64,000 bases of DNA. Origin: a virus (taxonomy: Duplodnaviria; Caudoviricetes). Below the pieces are notes generated by a model. The model worked only from the letters and a program-made list of their open reading frames with translations. It ran no database searches and was not told the DNA's origin. The stretch covers positions 832-64,831 of IMG/VR virus record IMGVR_UViG_3300031998_000080. One strand, 5' to 3'. Shown one piece after another: positions 43,303-53,227 of this stretch (positions within the stretch are counted from its first letter, which is position 1; each line of letters begins with the position of its first letter). The position numbers and the translations under genes were made by a program.

Positions 43303-45312
43303 ATGAAACGAGTAACTGAAACAGACATAAGGGTCCTGCGGTCGAGAGCCGGCAGGACTCCCAAGCCGAAGTCGAAGGTCGGCATCGACGGAATGGTCCA
43401 GCTCACTGGCAAGGAGTTCGTCTGCACGAAGGATTCCCTCGACATCCTCACCTACGCGGGGCAGTGCAAGGACGCCATGCTTTCCTATTGCAGGCAGGCG
43501 GACCGAAGCGCACGCTACTACAAGGGCGAGCAGTGGGGAGACCCCGTGGAGATAAGGGACCGTTGCGGGTGCGTCAAGACCATCACCGAGGAGGAGTACA
43601 TCAAGAGCCAGGGACGTCCCGCCCTCAAGCACAACCTCATCCGTCCGATTGTCCGCAACGTCATCGGACAGTACCGCAACGCCCCGTACAAGTCTATGGT
43701 CTATTCCTCCGACGAGGGCGGTCAGGACGCCGCCGACCAGATGAGCGTCAAACTAAACGACGTACTCCGCTACAACGATTCCGTCGAACGGGACGCCCGC
43801 GAGTACGAGTCCTTCCTCGTCACGGGCGCGGGACTGTTCATCACCGGCTACGCCTTCGACCCGACCCTCGGTCAGCCGATGCCGTTCTTCCGCGCGATTG
43901 ACTACCACCGCTACTTCCAGAATCCCGACGCGGTGGATATCGCCGGCAAGGACGTCCATTTCTGCGGTGACTTCATCGACATTCCCATCGACGAGGCGAA
44001 GAGCATCTACGCGCACAACAAGGCGCAGGAACAGGCGCTCGAGGATATCTACACACGGGGGTCCTACACCCTGCCCGTCATGTATAACGCCTTCGTGCAG
44101 TCCAACCCCGCCGCAAAGGTGTTCCTCGGCTCTCCGTACGATGACAACTGCCGTGTGATTCGGGTGTGCAGAATGGAAGGCTTCTGGGACCTCACCGTGC
44201 ACGACTACGCGGACGCTTCCTTCGAGACCTACTCCACACGGGAGTTCCCCGACAAGGAGGCCGAGATCAACGCCGAAATCGCACGGAGAAGGAAGATGGC
44301 CGCCGAAATGGACGTGGACTACGACGACCCCGACAGTCAGCTCAAGATTGTCTACGAGAAGAAATACGTCCGGCGGTGGGTCTACTACCACCTCACCCCG
44401 TGGGGGCATATCCTCTGGGAAGCGGAGAATCCCTATCAGCACAACGGGCACTGCTACGTTGCGAAGTTCTACCCGCTGTTCCAGGGGCAGGCTTACGGCA
44501 TGGTGTACGACCTCATCGACCAGCAGAGGATGATTAACCGCATGCTCATCAACCTCGACTTCGCCATGAGCGCAAGCCAGCAGGGCGTCCTCATCGTGGA
44601 CGAATCGAGCATCCCCGACGACCTCGACCTCGAGGATATCGCGGAGGAATGGACCCGTTACCGCGGTGTCATCAAACTCAAACTGAAGGACGGGGCGCCC
44701 GTGCCCGTGCAACTCGCCGGCCATCAGGTGAACATCGGCCAGTTCGAAATGGTGAACCTGATGATGAAGCTGATGATGGATATCTCCGGCGTCCAGGGCG
44801 CCATGCAGGGCAAGTCCGCGCCGGCGGGAACTCCCGCTTCCCTTTACAGCCAGCAGGTCAGCAACTCGCAGATAAACGTCCTCGACTACTCCGAGGCGTA
44901 CGCATGGTTCATCGAGCAGAGGGACTACAAGCTGATTCAGATTACACAGCAGTTCATGCCGTCCGGCTACTCTCCCGCGCCCGAGGGTGGCTCGAAGTTC
45001 TACGACGCGGACGAGGTGCGGAAGTACAAACTCAAGAATCAGATTCGCAAGAGCATGGACACCGCCGTGGTGCGTCTGTTCCAGGAACAGTTAATCGCCA
45101 ACCTGCTCATGGGCGGCGCCGCCACCATACAGCAGTACGCGAACATGGGCGTCCCGTTCGGGAAGGACCTGCTCGCCAAACTCGGGCAGGCGCAGGAACA
45201 GTTGCAGAACGGCGGGGGAATCAGCGAACAGCAACTCGCCGACATTCAGGCTTCCCTGCCGGAGGTGGACCCTGCGAGGATGGCATCAACGACAAGATTC
45301 GCACAAAGATAA
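43303..45312 (+). CDS. Portal protein (P22-like)
   Basis: 669 aa; LKHNLIRPIVRNVIGQYRN and LIDQQRMINRMLI segments; structural context. Confidence 0.75.
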   Translation: MKRVTETDIRVLRSRAGRTPKPKSKVGIDGMVQLTGKEFVCTKDSLDILTYAGQCKDAMLSYCRQADRSARYYKGEQWGDPVEIRDRCGCVKTITEEEYIKSQGRPALKHNLIRPIVRNVIGQYRNAPYKSMVYSSDEGGQDAADQMSVKLNDVLRYNDSVERDAREYESFLVTGAGLFITGYAFDPTLGQPMPFFRAIDYHRYFQNPDAVDIAGKDVHFCGDFIDIPIDEAKSIYAHNKAQEQALEDIYTRGSYTLPVMYNAFVQSNPAAKVFLGSPYDDNCRVIRVCRMEGFWDLTVHDYADASFETYSTREFPDKEAEINAEIARRRKMAAEMDVDYDDPDSQLKIVYEKKYVRRWVYYHLTPWGHILWEAENPYQHNGHCYVAKFYPLFQGQAYGMVYDLIDQQRMINRMLINLDFAMSASQQGVLIVDESSIPDDLDLEDIAEEWTRYRGVIKLKLKDGAPVPVQLAGHQVNIGQFEMVNLMMKLMMDISGVQGAMQGKSAPAGTPASLYSQQVSNSQINVLDYSEAYAWFIEQRDYKLIQITQQFMPSGYSPAPEGGSKFYDADEVRKYKLKNQIRKSMDTAVVRLFQEQLIANLLMGGAATIQQYANMGVPFGKDLLAKLGQAQEQLQNGGGISEQQLADIQASLPEVDPARMASTTRFAQR

Positions 45313-45324
45313 AGGAGGACAGAC

Positions 45325-45813
45325 ATGGAAATCGACAGGACTATCACAAACATCTGGACCGTGGTCATCCACGAGCAGGAAGTGTTCCAGCGTGTCACGG
45401 ACGAGTCGCTGATGAACACCTACCAGCGGGCGCCCGAGGCACCGCACGGGGACGGGAACGTCATCACGGACGACGACCGCGCCTTCTTCGAGCGGTACTA
45501 CCGCGCCGCCCTCGCCGAGCTGTCACGCCTCCTTGCGAAGCGGACCTACCGCTACGGCGGAAGCATCGTGAACACGCACGACCCCGACACGGGGTACATC
45601 ACCACCGTCTACACCCTCGCCATGACCGAGAACCATGAGTCGGGCCTCAGCCAAGCCCTCGCCTCGCACTGCCTGGAGTTCATCGTGGCGAAGGTGAACG
45701 AGAAGTGGTACGGACGGGGAACCGATTTCGGAAGCGAGACCGAAAAGGGATTCATCCGCGAGATACTCAACCACCGCCGTTTCTGCATCGAACGGCCCTT
45801 GAGACCATTCTAA
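45325..45813 (+). CDS. Putative head-tail adaptor/virion protein
   Basis: Follows the portal gene; 162 aa. Confidence 0.45.
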   Translation: MEIDRTITNIWTVVIHEQEVFQRVTDESLMNTYQRAPEAPHGDGNVITDDDRAFFERYYRAALAELSRLLAKRTYRYGGSIVNTHDPDTGYITTVYTLAMTENHESGLSQALASHCLEFIVAKVNEKWYGRGTDFGSETEKGFIREILNHRRFCIERPLRPF

Positions 45814-45842
45814 AGTCAAACCATAAAAACACTTTCAGCACT

Positions 45843-46418
45843 ATGTACGCAAAGATTGCCGCGGCGGGCACCAATCCCGCGAAGATTGTTTTCTTCTACA
45901 ACCGGGACACCCTCTTCAACGACGTGTCCCTCATGTCCAACTACATGGCGAAGAACCTCGCCACGAAGGACGGCAACTCCCTCACCGACGACTACGCCAT
46001 CAGCGGTGACGAGCAGGACATCGTGGACGTGAGCATCCGCGCCGCCCTTCCCGACATCTACGAGGCGATGACCAAGATTACCACGGCCGTCATCCCCGCC
46101 TTCGACGACAAGCACAACTACGCCTCCAGCACCACCGTCGGAAAGGATATCGAGAACAACAACGTCACTGCCGCCGCCGGCGACTACGTGGAGTTCTATA
46201 TCCTCGACAACCAGGCGTACAACGCCAACGTCATCACGATGGTGGACGCGAGCCTCTACAACTGCCTGAAGCAGGGCGTTCTCAAGGAGTTCTACTCCAC
46301 GGTCCTCCAGCCGGAGTTCTTCAAGGTCTGCGCCGACCGCTTCGTGTCCGAACTGTTCAAGATGAAGAACCGGCTGTTCCAGCTCAAGAAGAAGAGCGTG
46401 GTCAGCAACCTCAATTAG
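45843..46418 (+). CDS. Putative head-tail adaptor/virion protein
   Basis: Resembles the previous gene in layout (LFNDVSLMS vs VFQRVTDES). Confidence 0.45.
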   Translation: MYAKIAAAGTNPAKIVFFYNRDTLFNDVSLMSNYMAKNLATKDGNSLTDDYAISGDEQDIVDVSIRAALPDIYEAMTKITTAVIPAFDDKHNYASSTTVGKDIENNNVTAAAGDYVEFYILDNQAYNANVITMVDASLYNCLKQGVLKEFYSTVLQPEFFKVCADRFVSELFKMKNRLFQLKKKSVVSNLN

Positions 46419-48490
46419 AAGGTGGATTCACCGCCCGTCTGGGTGTGTCTCACGGAGGGCGTCCTGCGAGGGGCGTCCTCTATTATTTTGACGGGGTCCA
46501 TGCCTCCGAAGGCTATGTAGCACCCGACGGCGGTGGTGTCCTGTATATCGTCGTGCGTCCCTTCCATGGCCTCAATCTTCCCGCCCGGTGCGTTCATCAG
46601 CCACATGGCCTCGTCGGCGGCGTCCTGCGAGTACTCCATGTAGTCCCCCTCTCGGATGCGGACGGTGTAATCGTCGTAGGCGAGGTACTTGGTCTGCTTG
46701 TTCATGTGCCAGCCGATGTGGCGGGTCGGCTTGTCCTTCGTGTTGTCGGGTGCGGTGCGACGGCGGTAGAGGTTTTCGTAGATGCCGGCGAGGGTGTCGA
46801 GAACGGTGTAGGTGTGGTCGCCCTCGGAGACGGCGGCGTCATCGGATTTCTTGTTCTTGGTCTCGTAGGTGTTGGACTCTATGACGAGCAGGGCGTCATC
46901 GTAGTAGTGGGCGATCTGCGCCGCCTTGTATGCGAGAAGGTCGGGGTCCACATGCCCCCGCCACAGCGCCGCCCTCTCCAATGCGCCGAACTCGCCGGCC
47001 ATCGAAATCCTGTCGAACACGGAGATAACGGACCAGTCGGCGCGGTGTCCCCGACCGCCGACGTCCACCGTCACCACGAAGCGGTTTTTGACCTTCTTGC
47101 CCTCTATGTTGTTGTCGGTCGGATGAATCCAAATCTTGAGCACCTCGGTCTGCAAGGCGTCGTTCGGGTAGAGGCGCACGTTCTCCATTATCTTCTCGCC
47201 CACGGTTGCGTCGCCCCTTATGTCCCCGATGAACTTCGGTTCCTTCACGTTCTTGTGTAGCCACGCGAGAAGGTCGTCCGTGAAGTAGCGTCCGCTCTTG
47301 GTCTGGAACGCCTCCTCGGCCGAGCCCGGGTACTCGGATTTCATCTGGAAGTCCGTCCAATGGTGGGACTTCTTGAAATGGTTGTACCAGAAGATGCCGT
47401 CGAGCGTCGCCCCCTGCTCGTTCCACTGGTGCCAGTTGTAGTCGGTCCACGTCTCCACGAAGGCGGCGGTGCTCGGGTATCGGTCGAGGTAGTGGCGGGT
47501 GTAGCGGGCGTCCACGAACCACGCCACGAACACGGGACGGATTCCTATGGTGCCGGATTTCTTGTTGTCAAGTGCGGCGAGGTACTGCCGGTGGAAGTAG
47601 TTGCCCACGCCCTTCGCCGTGGACTCCATTACAATCATGGTGCCCTGCACGTCGGGGACGGTGGAGTAGAGAGCCATGGCCACGTCGTCGCCACGGGCTT
47701 CCTTCGTGTCCTTCCACAGACCGACCTCGGACATGTGGACGAGGGAGAAGTCGAAGGAACGGAGGGCGTCAGGCTTCTGCGCCGAGCCAATCTGCACACG
47801 GCAACCACGCTCGGGCATTATCCGAATCAGCTCTGTGCCCTCGAAGCGCTTGAACGAGACGGGGTCACTCCAGCGGGGGAGTTTGGCGATGAGGTTCTTG
47901 TACATGGTGCGTATGTTCACCGCCTGCGTCTGGTCGAGGGCCACGATGCAGGAGTGCCAGTTCTCGAACCAGTATCTCTGCAACCAGTACATGTAGCACT
48001 GCGTGGCGGTCGAGCCGCCCCACTGACGGGCCTTCACCAGAAGCACCCGTATCGGCACTCCCGAGAGCCTCTGCCGTTCGTACTCCCCGACGAGGATGCG
48101 CTGTCCCTCGTTCAGTATCAGCGGTATCGCCCGCTTGGTCTCCTTGTCCTGAATCTTTATCGTGACCGCCGCCGTGAACTCGAAGTCGTACTTGAGCCGG
48201 AGATTCATCAGGTTCTCCGTGACGAGGTGCCTGTTCTCCTCGGTGTCGTACTGCCCCGTCGCCCTCAGCAGTCCGCTCGCCCCCTTGTATCTCACGAACG
48301 CCTTTACGAACGGGTCTGAGAGCATTTCGGTCGGGACGTTGTACTCCACCCCGTCTATCTCGAACTTGGAACGGGGGACCACCTCGCCCTGCGGGTCTCC
48401 GCGCACGGGGTCGTAGACGCGGAAGTACTTTCTCCTGCGTTCCCGGTCCTCACGGATCATGGCCTTTATGGTCTCCCTATCTGTCGGCAT
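46415..48490 (-). CDS. terL: Terminase large subunit
   Basis: KARQWGGST Walker A, VHMSEVG Walker B, MESTAKG coupling motif, VDVGG and DDIQD nuclease motifs. Confidence 0.93.
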   Translation of the reverse strand: MPTDRETIKAMIREDRERRRKYFRVYDPVRGDPQGEVVPRSKFEIDGVEYNVPTEMLSDPFVKAFVRYKGASGLLRATGQYDTEENRHLVTENLMNLRLKYDFEFTAAVTIKIQDKETKRAIPLILNEGQRILVGEYERQRLSGVPIRVLLVKARQWGGSTATQCYMYWLQRYWFENWHSCIVALDQTQAVNIRTMYKNLIAKLPRWSDPVSFKRFEGTELIRIMPERGCRVQIGSAQKPDALRSFDFSLVHMSEVGLWKDTKEARGDDVAMALYSTVPDVQGTMIVMESTAKGVGNYFHRQYLAALDNKKSGTIGIRPVFVAWFVDARYTRHYLDRYPSTAAFVETWTDYNWHQWNEQGATLDGIFWYNHFKKSHHWTDFQMKSEYPGSAEEAFQTKSGRYFTDDLLAWLHKNVKEPKFIGDIRGDATVGEKIMENVRLYPNDALQTEVLKIWIHPTDNNIEGKKVKNRFVVTVDVGGRGHRADWSVISVFDRISMAGEFGALERAALWRGHVDPDLLAYKAAQIAHYYDDALLVIESNTYETKNKKSDDAAVSEGDHTYTVLDTLAGIYENLYRRRTAPDNTKDKPTRHIGWHMNKQTKYLAYDDYTVRIREGDYMEYSQDAADEAMWLMNAPGGKIEAMEGTHDDIQDTTAVGCYIAFGGMDPVKIIEDAPRRTPSVRHTQTGGESTF
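46455..46490 (+). terminator. Probable terminator of the rightward portal operon
   Basis: GAGGGCGTCCT/AGGGGCGTCCTC stem plus a T-rich tail; overlaps the 3' end of terL. Confidence 0.5.
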
Positions 48491-48818
48491 CTTCGAGGCA
48501 GTCCTTCAAGAGTGATATGAGCTTTCTGTTCCTTTCCATGACGGCGCCTATCTCCGCGTTCGCCGAGCCGAGGTCGTCTATCAGCGAGAGGATGTTCTGC
48601 CGGAAAGCGGAAAAGTTCACTTTATGTGAATTATTCTTCTCGGAAATGATGTTCAGCAGTCGGCCCCTGCTGACACCGTATCGGAGTGAGACGGCGTCGC
48701 ACGCCTCCTTCTTCGCCTGCCGTTGTTCGACGCCCTGATGAATCCTGTGGCCGAATATGGCGTAGAAGAAGGTCACTATCTCGTCGTTGCGTCCAGTGCG
48801 TTTGGTGTATTCCGCCAT
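48477..48818 (-). CDS. HTH-like protein with C-terminal coiled coil (candidate late regulator)
   Basis: AVSLRYGVSRGRLLNII helix-turn-helix-like segment. Confidence 0.45.
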   Translation of the reverse strand: MAEYTKRTGRNDEIVTFFYAIFGHRIHQGVEQRQAKKEACDAVSLRYGVSRGRLLNIISEKNNSHKVNFSAFRQNILSLIDDLGSANAEIGAVMERNRKLISLLKDCLEDADR

Positions 48819-48850
48819 AGGGACGAGAGACCGATTCCGACTAACCGAAA

Positions 48851-48882
48851 CAAATATAAATGTTTTAATCGGTTTTCACAAA
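48851..48882 (-). promoter_or_regulatory. Leftward promoter of the terminase operon
   Basis: TTTG-N20-TATATTTG; -33 box lies inside the palindrome. Confidence 0.65.
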
Positions 48883-48889
48883 TTGTGAA
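48875..48889. promoter_or_regulatory. Palindrome TTCACAA-A-TTGTGAA in a divergent late intergenic region
   Basis: Matches 25235..25249. Confidence 0.75.
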
Positions 48890-48941
48890 GATATTATTTG
48901 CCATAGTATCTATTTTCGGACCGTAATTTAAGTTACGTGTT

Positions 48942-49703
48942 ATGCCCGAGAACGATATGAAAACCCAGGCAGCCTCCCTTCCGAAGTATCGGGAGAGACT
49001 GCGCGGCCGTTATCCCGACGTCAATCCGCAGTCCGATGAGGAGTGGAACGACCTCGCGGAGAGGGCCTACGGCGAGGACGAGGCGAGACTCAAGGGCTTC
49101 GAGGACAACAACAAAGTCATCGAGGACCTGCTTGACTCCGACAAGGACCTCGCGTCGGTCGTTTCCGAAATGATTGTCAATGGCACCCCGTTCCGCGCCG
49201 CCGTCGCAAAGTTCCTCGACCCCGAGTCCCTCGTGGCGAAGGAGGGCGACGAGGACTACGAGTACTACCAGAAGTCCGCCGACGAGAGGAAGGCCATGGG
49301 CCGAGCGCACCGCGAGAGAATCGCCCGCAAGCGTGCCAACGAGAAGGACGCCTACGACAACATCGACAAGTTCGCCGAGAAGCATGCGCTGGAGTCTGCC
49401 GAGAAGGACGCCTTCATCGCCTTCGTGAACGAACTCTACAACGACCTTTCCGACCTCAAGCTCTCCATGAAAACGCTGGAGAAGCTCTACAAGGCGATGA
49501 CCTTCGACGAAGCCGTGGCAGAGGCCGCGGAGGCGGCGGGCATCGACGCGAAGAACCAGGCAATCGAAGCCGCCCGTGTCAAGAAGGCCGATGCGGTTGC
49601 CGGAGACGGCGTCCCGACCCCCGTCGGAGGAAGTTCCCCCGCACCCGAGAAACCCAAGTCGAAGCCGACAATCTTCGACGACTTACCGAAACGTAAATTC
49701 TAA
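48942..49703 (+). CDS. Capsid scaffolding protein
   Basis: Acidic helical protein directly upstream of the capsid gene. Confidence 0.65.
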   Translation: MPENDMKTQAASLPKYRERLRGRYPDVNPQSDEEWNDLAERAYGEDEARLKGFEDNNKVIEDLLDSDKDLASVVSEMIVNGTPFRAAVAKFLDPESLVAKEGDEDYEYYQKSADERKAMGRAHRERIARKRANEKDAYDNIDKFAEKHALESAEKDAFIAFVNELYNDLSDLKLSMKTLEKLYKAMTFDEAVAEAAEAAGIDAKNQAIEAARVKKADAVAGDGVPTPVGGSSPAPEKPKSKPTIFDDLPKRKF

Positions 49704-49721
49704 ACAAACTAACAAAAAGCC

Positions 49722-51050
49722 ATGAAGTTCCCTTCTTACGCACCCAGATTTTCGCGTTTCATCGTCGGCCCCGGCTCCGCCGAGGTCACTGAAACCACCA
49801 CTTCCCAGTCCAGCGAGTTCGCCGCTGTGGACGGCACCACCGTCGTCGGCGAGAACGCCCCCTCCACCACCGTCGTCAAGGCGGGTTACATGGACGACGA
49901 TCTTGACAAGAAACTTGTCCTCGTCCGTCCGCAGGACACCCCTATCGACACCTTCACCCGCACCATCGCCAACAACGTGAAGAGCGAGGCGTGGGAGGCC
50001 GGCGGTTGGGAAATCGGCACCCGTGAGGTTTGGGACCGCCTCGACAGCGCCTACTCCTCCGGCACGACCATCACCGTCAAGAACCCCGACATGTGGAAGC
50101 CGGGCGACACCATGATTGTCCACACCATCGGCAACTCCCCGGACTACGCCGACACGGGCATCAAGTTCGACAGCGCTTCCCCCGCACAGCCCGTCGCCCT
50201 CATCGTCAAGAGCATCAGCTCTGCCAACCTGACCGTCCAGCGCGTCGGCGCCCTCACCGCGAGCATCCCCGCCCTCGACGACGAGTCCATCCTCCAGCGT
50301 CTCTCCCCGGCCGTGTCCGAACTCGAGGCTTCCGTGGAAGGCTTCGCCATCCAGCCGAGCGACCGCAAGTACTACAACCAGACCCACATGACCCAGGTCG
50401 AAGAGTCCGTCATCCACAGCCTGCTCAAGAAGAAGGTCGCCATGGACTTCTCCGTGTACAAGGAGCAGACCCTCTGGGACTTCAAGCGTGGCATGGAACT
50501 CTGCAACCTCTTCGGCGTCGGCGGTCTCTCCAAGAACGCGAAGGGCGAGCTCGTCCACCACTCCACCGGCCTCTGGTGGCAGGCTAACAAGCAGACCTCC
50601 GTGGACTACTCCGCCGCCATGACCGACCAGGACTGGAACGCCATCGGCCGCTACATCTTCGAGGGTAACAACGGCGCCGACCGCCGTCTGCTGTTCGCCG
50701 GTAACGGCCTGCTCGAGCAGATCGCCAACGTCAAGTCCTACCAGAAACAGCTGGAGGCGAAGAACACCGAAATGGTCCTCGGCCTGCGCGTTTTCCGCAT
50801 CGAGACCCCGTTCGGCGAACTCCTTGTAAAGCCGATGAACTCCCTGTTCGAGGGCTACTTCAGCAAGTGCGGTCTCGTCATCGACCCGAACTTCGTCAAG
50901 AAGTACGTCATGGAGCCTCTGACCACCACCCAGCTCGACCTCAACAAGACTGGTCAGCGCCGTGTGGACAACGCGGTCCGCATCCACGAGACCTACTCCC
51001 TGTTCCTCGAGAACCTGCCTTGCCACTGCAAGATTGTTCCTTCCGCCTAA
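49722..51050 (+). CDS. Major capsid protein (SU10/DUF5309-like HK97 fold)
   Basis: 442 aa, strong codon bias, PQDTPIDT, YNQTHMTQ, ETPFG motifs; followed by a terminator. Confidence 0.8.
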   Translation: MKFPSYAPRFSRFIVGPGSAEVTETTTSQSSEFAAVDGTTVVGENAPSTTVVKAGYMDDDLDKKLVLVRPQDTPIDTFTRTIANNVKSEAWEAGGWEIGTREVWDRLDSAYSSGTTITVKNPDMWKPGDTMIVHTIGNSPDYADTGIKFDSASPAQPVALIVKSISSANLTVQRVGALTASIPALDDESILQRLSPAVSELEASVEGFAIQPSDRKYYNQTHMTQVEESVIHSLLKKKVAMDFSVYKEQTLWDFKRGMELCNLFGVGGLSKNAKGELVHHSTGLWWQANKQTSVDYSAAMTDQDWNAIGRYIFEGNNGADRRLLFAGNGLLEQIANVKSYQKQLEAKNTEMVLGLRVFRIETPFGELLVKPMNSLFEGYFSKCGLVIDPNFVKKYVMEPLTTTQLDLNKTGQRRVDNAVRIHETYSLFLENLPCHCKIVPSA

Positions 51051-51069
51051 TCGGAGAAACCCTCATAGA

Positions 51070-51107
51070 CGGGCGGTGGTGTGAGACAGTCACCGCCGCC
51101 CGTTTTT
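51070..51107 (+). terminator. Intrinsic terminator after the capsid gene
   Basis: 12-bp GC stem plus TTTTT. Confidence 0.85.
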
Positions 51108-51120
51108 AATTCCAAAAAGT

Positions 51121-51570
51121 ATGGCAAAAAAGACTTATAGGACCCATTCGCTCAAGAGCCTCCTCCTCATGTTGAAGGACGAGGACGGCAACCGCGTCGA
51201 GGTCAAGTTCTACGGAGGAATCCAGATTGACTCGACCGCGAAGTTCACCACGAAGAACGAGAAGATTCAGGCCCTGCTGGAGAAGTCCAGCGGTTTCGGC
51301 AGGGATTACTACATCGAATCCGTGGTGGAGGACGCCCCCGTCGCAGTGACCGCACCCGCCCCGAAGGAGGAGAAGAAGTACGAGCAGGTTCCCGCGCAGA
51401 AGGAGAAGCCCATCATGCCCGAGGTCAAGGGCAGTGAGCGTTTCCGCAACCTCGTGGAAATGAAGAACCGCATGAAGGAACTCGGCATCGAAATCGAGAA
51501 GGACGCGAACTACGCAAAGACGAAGGCGACTGCTGTCGCCGCCGGCTACGACTTTCAAATCAAGAGATAA
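51121..51570 (+). CDS. Hypothetical virion-associated protein
   Basis: 149-aa ORF after the capsid gene. Confidence 0.6.
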   Translation: MAKKTYRTHSLKSLLLMLKDEDGNRVEVKFYGGIQIDSTAKFTTKNEKIQALLEKSSGFGRDYYIESVVEDAPVAVTAPAPKEEKKYEQVPAQKEKPIMPEVKGSERFRNLVEMKNRMKELGIEIEKDANYAKTKATAVAAGYDFQIKR

Positions 51571-52329
51571 ATGACAAGAGCAGAACTCATACAGCAGGTT
51601 GCCCTGCGGATGGACGAGGTGTCCCCGGACATCACCATTGCCAACCTCTCCGTGGACGGGTCGGACAACAACCCGCTCTACACCCTCATAGACGGTCTCG
51701 TTGATGGAGGGATGCTTGAGCTGTTCTCCGTGGCCCAGTACTGGCGCCTGCCGCAGAAGGCGTTTGCGTACAGTTCCACGGCATCTTCGAACCAAATCAT
51801 CGTCGAGGCTCTCCCGGACGCCCTCGGCGACAGGGAGTCTGCCGGCAACGGGGCTGCGGAGACCGTAACGGCGAGGAAGGTTATCCGCCTGAAGGTGCCC
51901 GATGATTTCCTCCGCGTTGCCGAGATCAACTGCGACGATTTCCTCCGTCCCATCACGGAGGTCGCCACGGAAATCTCCGAGGCGGGGAAGCGCCAGCACA
52001 ACCGCGCCCTCATGGGCAAGGAGGCCAGGCCCGTCGGCGTCATTTCGCACGGAATCTGGAACGGCGAGCAGAAACGTGAAATCGACTGCTATTCGCTGTC
52101 CGGCGGCACGTCCGTCACGGCGTCGAGCGGAATCGCGGCGTCATACATCGCAAAGCCCGCGACCATTTCCGATTCCTCTCCCGCCGTCACCGTGGAAACG
52201 GCGCTCGGCGGGTCGTCCGTCCTTATCCCAGCCCTCGAGTGGCTCATAGCCGCCCGCACGTTCGGGGCGAGGGGAGACGCAAACCATTCGGCGATCTGTC
52301 AGCAGAACGCCCAGAACGTACTTGTGTAA
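51571..52329 (+). CDS. Putative tail tube/adaptor protein
   Basis: MTRAELIQQV...LKVPDDFLR pattern typical of podoviral adaptor proteins. Confidence 0.55.
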   Translation: MTRAELIQQVALRMDEVSPDITIANLSVDGSDNNPLYTLIDGLVDGGMLELFSVAQYWRLPQKAFAYSSTASSNQIIVEALPDALGDRESAGNGAAETVTARKVIRLKVPDDFLRVAEINCDDFLRPITEVATEISEAGKRQHNRALMGKEARPVGVISHGIWNGEQKREIDCYSLSGGTSVTASSGIAASYIAKPATISDSSPAVTVETALGGSSVLIPALEWLIAARTFGARGDANHSAICQQNAQNVLV

Positions 52330-52357
52330 CAGAAAACAAAAGAAACACGATACAGCC

Positions 52358-52717
52358 ATGATGAACAGACAAGAAATCATAAAAGCCGTCAATAACTTCC
52401 GCGGTGCGAACAGAGAGTTCTCGCAGGAAATGGGCCCCATCTTCGAGTCCCTTCTCGCGCTCATCACCCCCGTGGAGGCTTCGGATATCACGGCCCTTAC
52501 CAACGAACAGCTCGACGCTCTCCAGCCCGGCGACGTCGTGGCGAAAAAGACGGGCAACCAGTACCACACCTACATGGTGTCCTACAAGGGCGAGGGTTCA
52601 GGCGAGGGCATCTGCCTGACCTATGTCGCCGCCGGTCTCATCGAGACTGTCTCCTACGACCGCACCGATTCCGGCTGGGCGTACAACTCCACCGACGTGT
52701 GCCCCATTGAGTACTAA
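52358..52717 (+). CDS. Hypothetical structural protein
   Basis: ORF track; start taken at MMNRQEI. Confidence 0.55.
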   Translation: MMNRQEIIKAVNNFRGANREFSQEMGPIFESLLALITPVEASDITALTNEQLDALQPGDVVAKKTGNQYHTYMVSYKGEGSGEGICLTYVAAGLIETVSYDRTDSGWAYNSTDVCPIEY

Positions 52718-52739
52718 CGACCGATAACCCGAACGAGCC

Positions 52740-53213
52740 ATGTCAGCAGTACATTCAAACCTCATGTTCGTACAGAACGGAAGCGGCGGGCAGGGATGCG
52801 GTTGCGGATGCGACGGAAGGGGACAGGCAATCGTGTTCCGTTCCGTCTGGGACCGCCTCGTCCATCAGCTGTTCGGCTCGATTCCCGTCGGCATGGTAGC
52901 CGAGGGTCAGTTGCCGGACATTCACATTTACACGAACGTGGTCCTTCTCAACGACGAGGAGCCCTATTCCTTCGCCGTAATCACGGACGACGGCTCCGCG
53001 CCCCAGCCGCATGACGTGATCCAGTACAAGGACAAGTTCTATATCATCGGGGCAGTGACACAGCAGGGGAGTTCCTCCTCATCCGGCTCGAACTCGGGTC
53101 AGGCAGAGTATCAGGGGAACACAGACCCCGGCAACTCGGGCTCCGAGGGGAATCAGGGGACGAGCAATCCGATTAACCCGAGCGGACCTGGACAGCAGGT
53201 CGTAAATCCTTAA
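52740..53213 (+). CDS. Hypothetical structural protein with Gly/Ser-rich tail
   Basis: ORF track. Confidence 0.55.
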   Translation: MSAVHSNLMFVQNGSGGQGCGCGCDGRGQAIVFRSVWDRLVHQLFGSIPVGMVAEGQLPDIHIYTNVVLLNDEEPYSFAVITDDGSAPQPHDVIQYKDKFYIIGAVTQQGSSSSSGSNSGQAEYQGNTDPGNSGSEGNQGTSNPINPSGPGQQVVNP

Positions 53214-53227
53214 AACAACCGATAACA

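Noticed and set aside
27788-44724. Long minus-strand ORFs (e.g. 38378..41257, 32498..34567, 35975..37480, 41708..43234)
   Set aside because: Antisense shadows of GC3-rich sense genes; translations are Val/Leu/Gly-rich with no recognisable motifs
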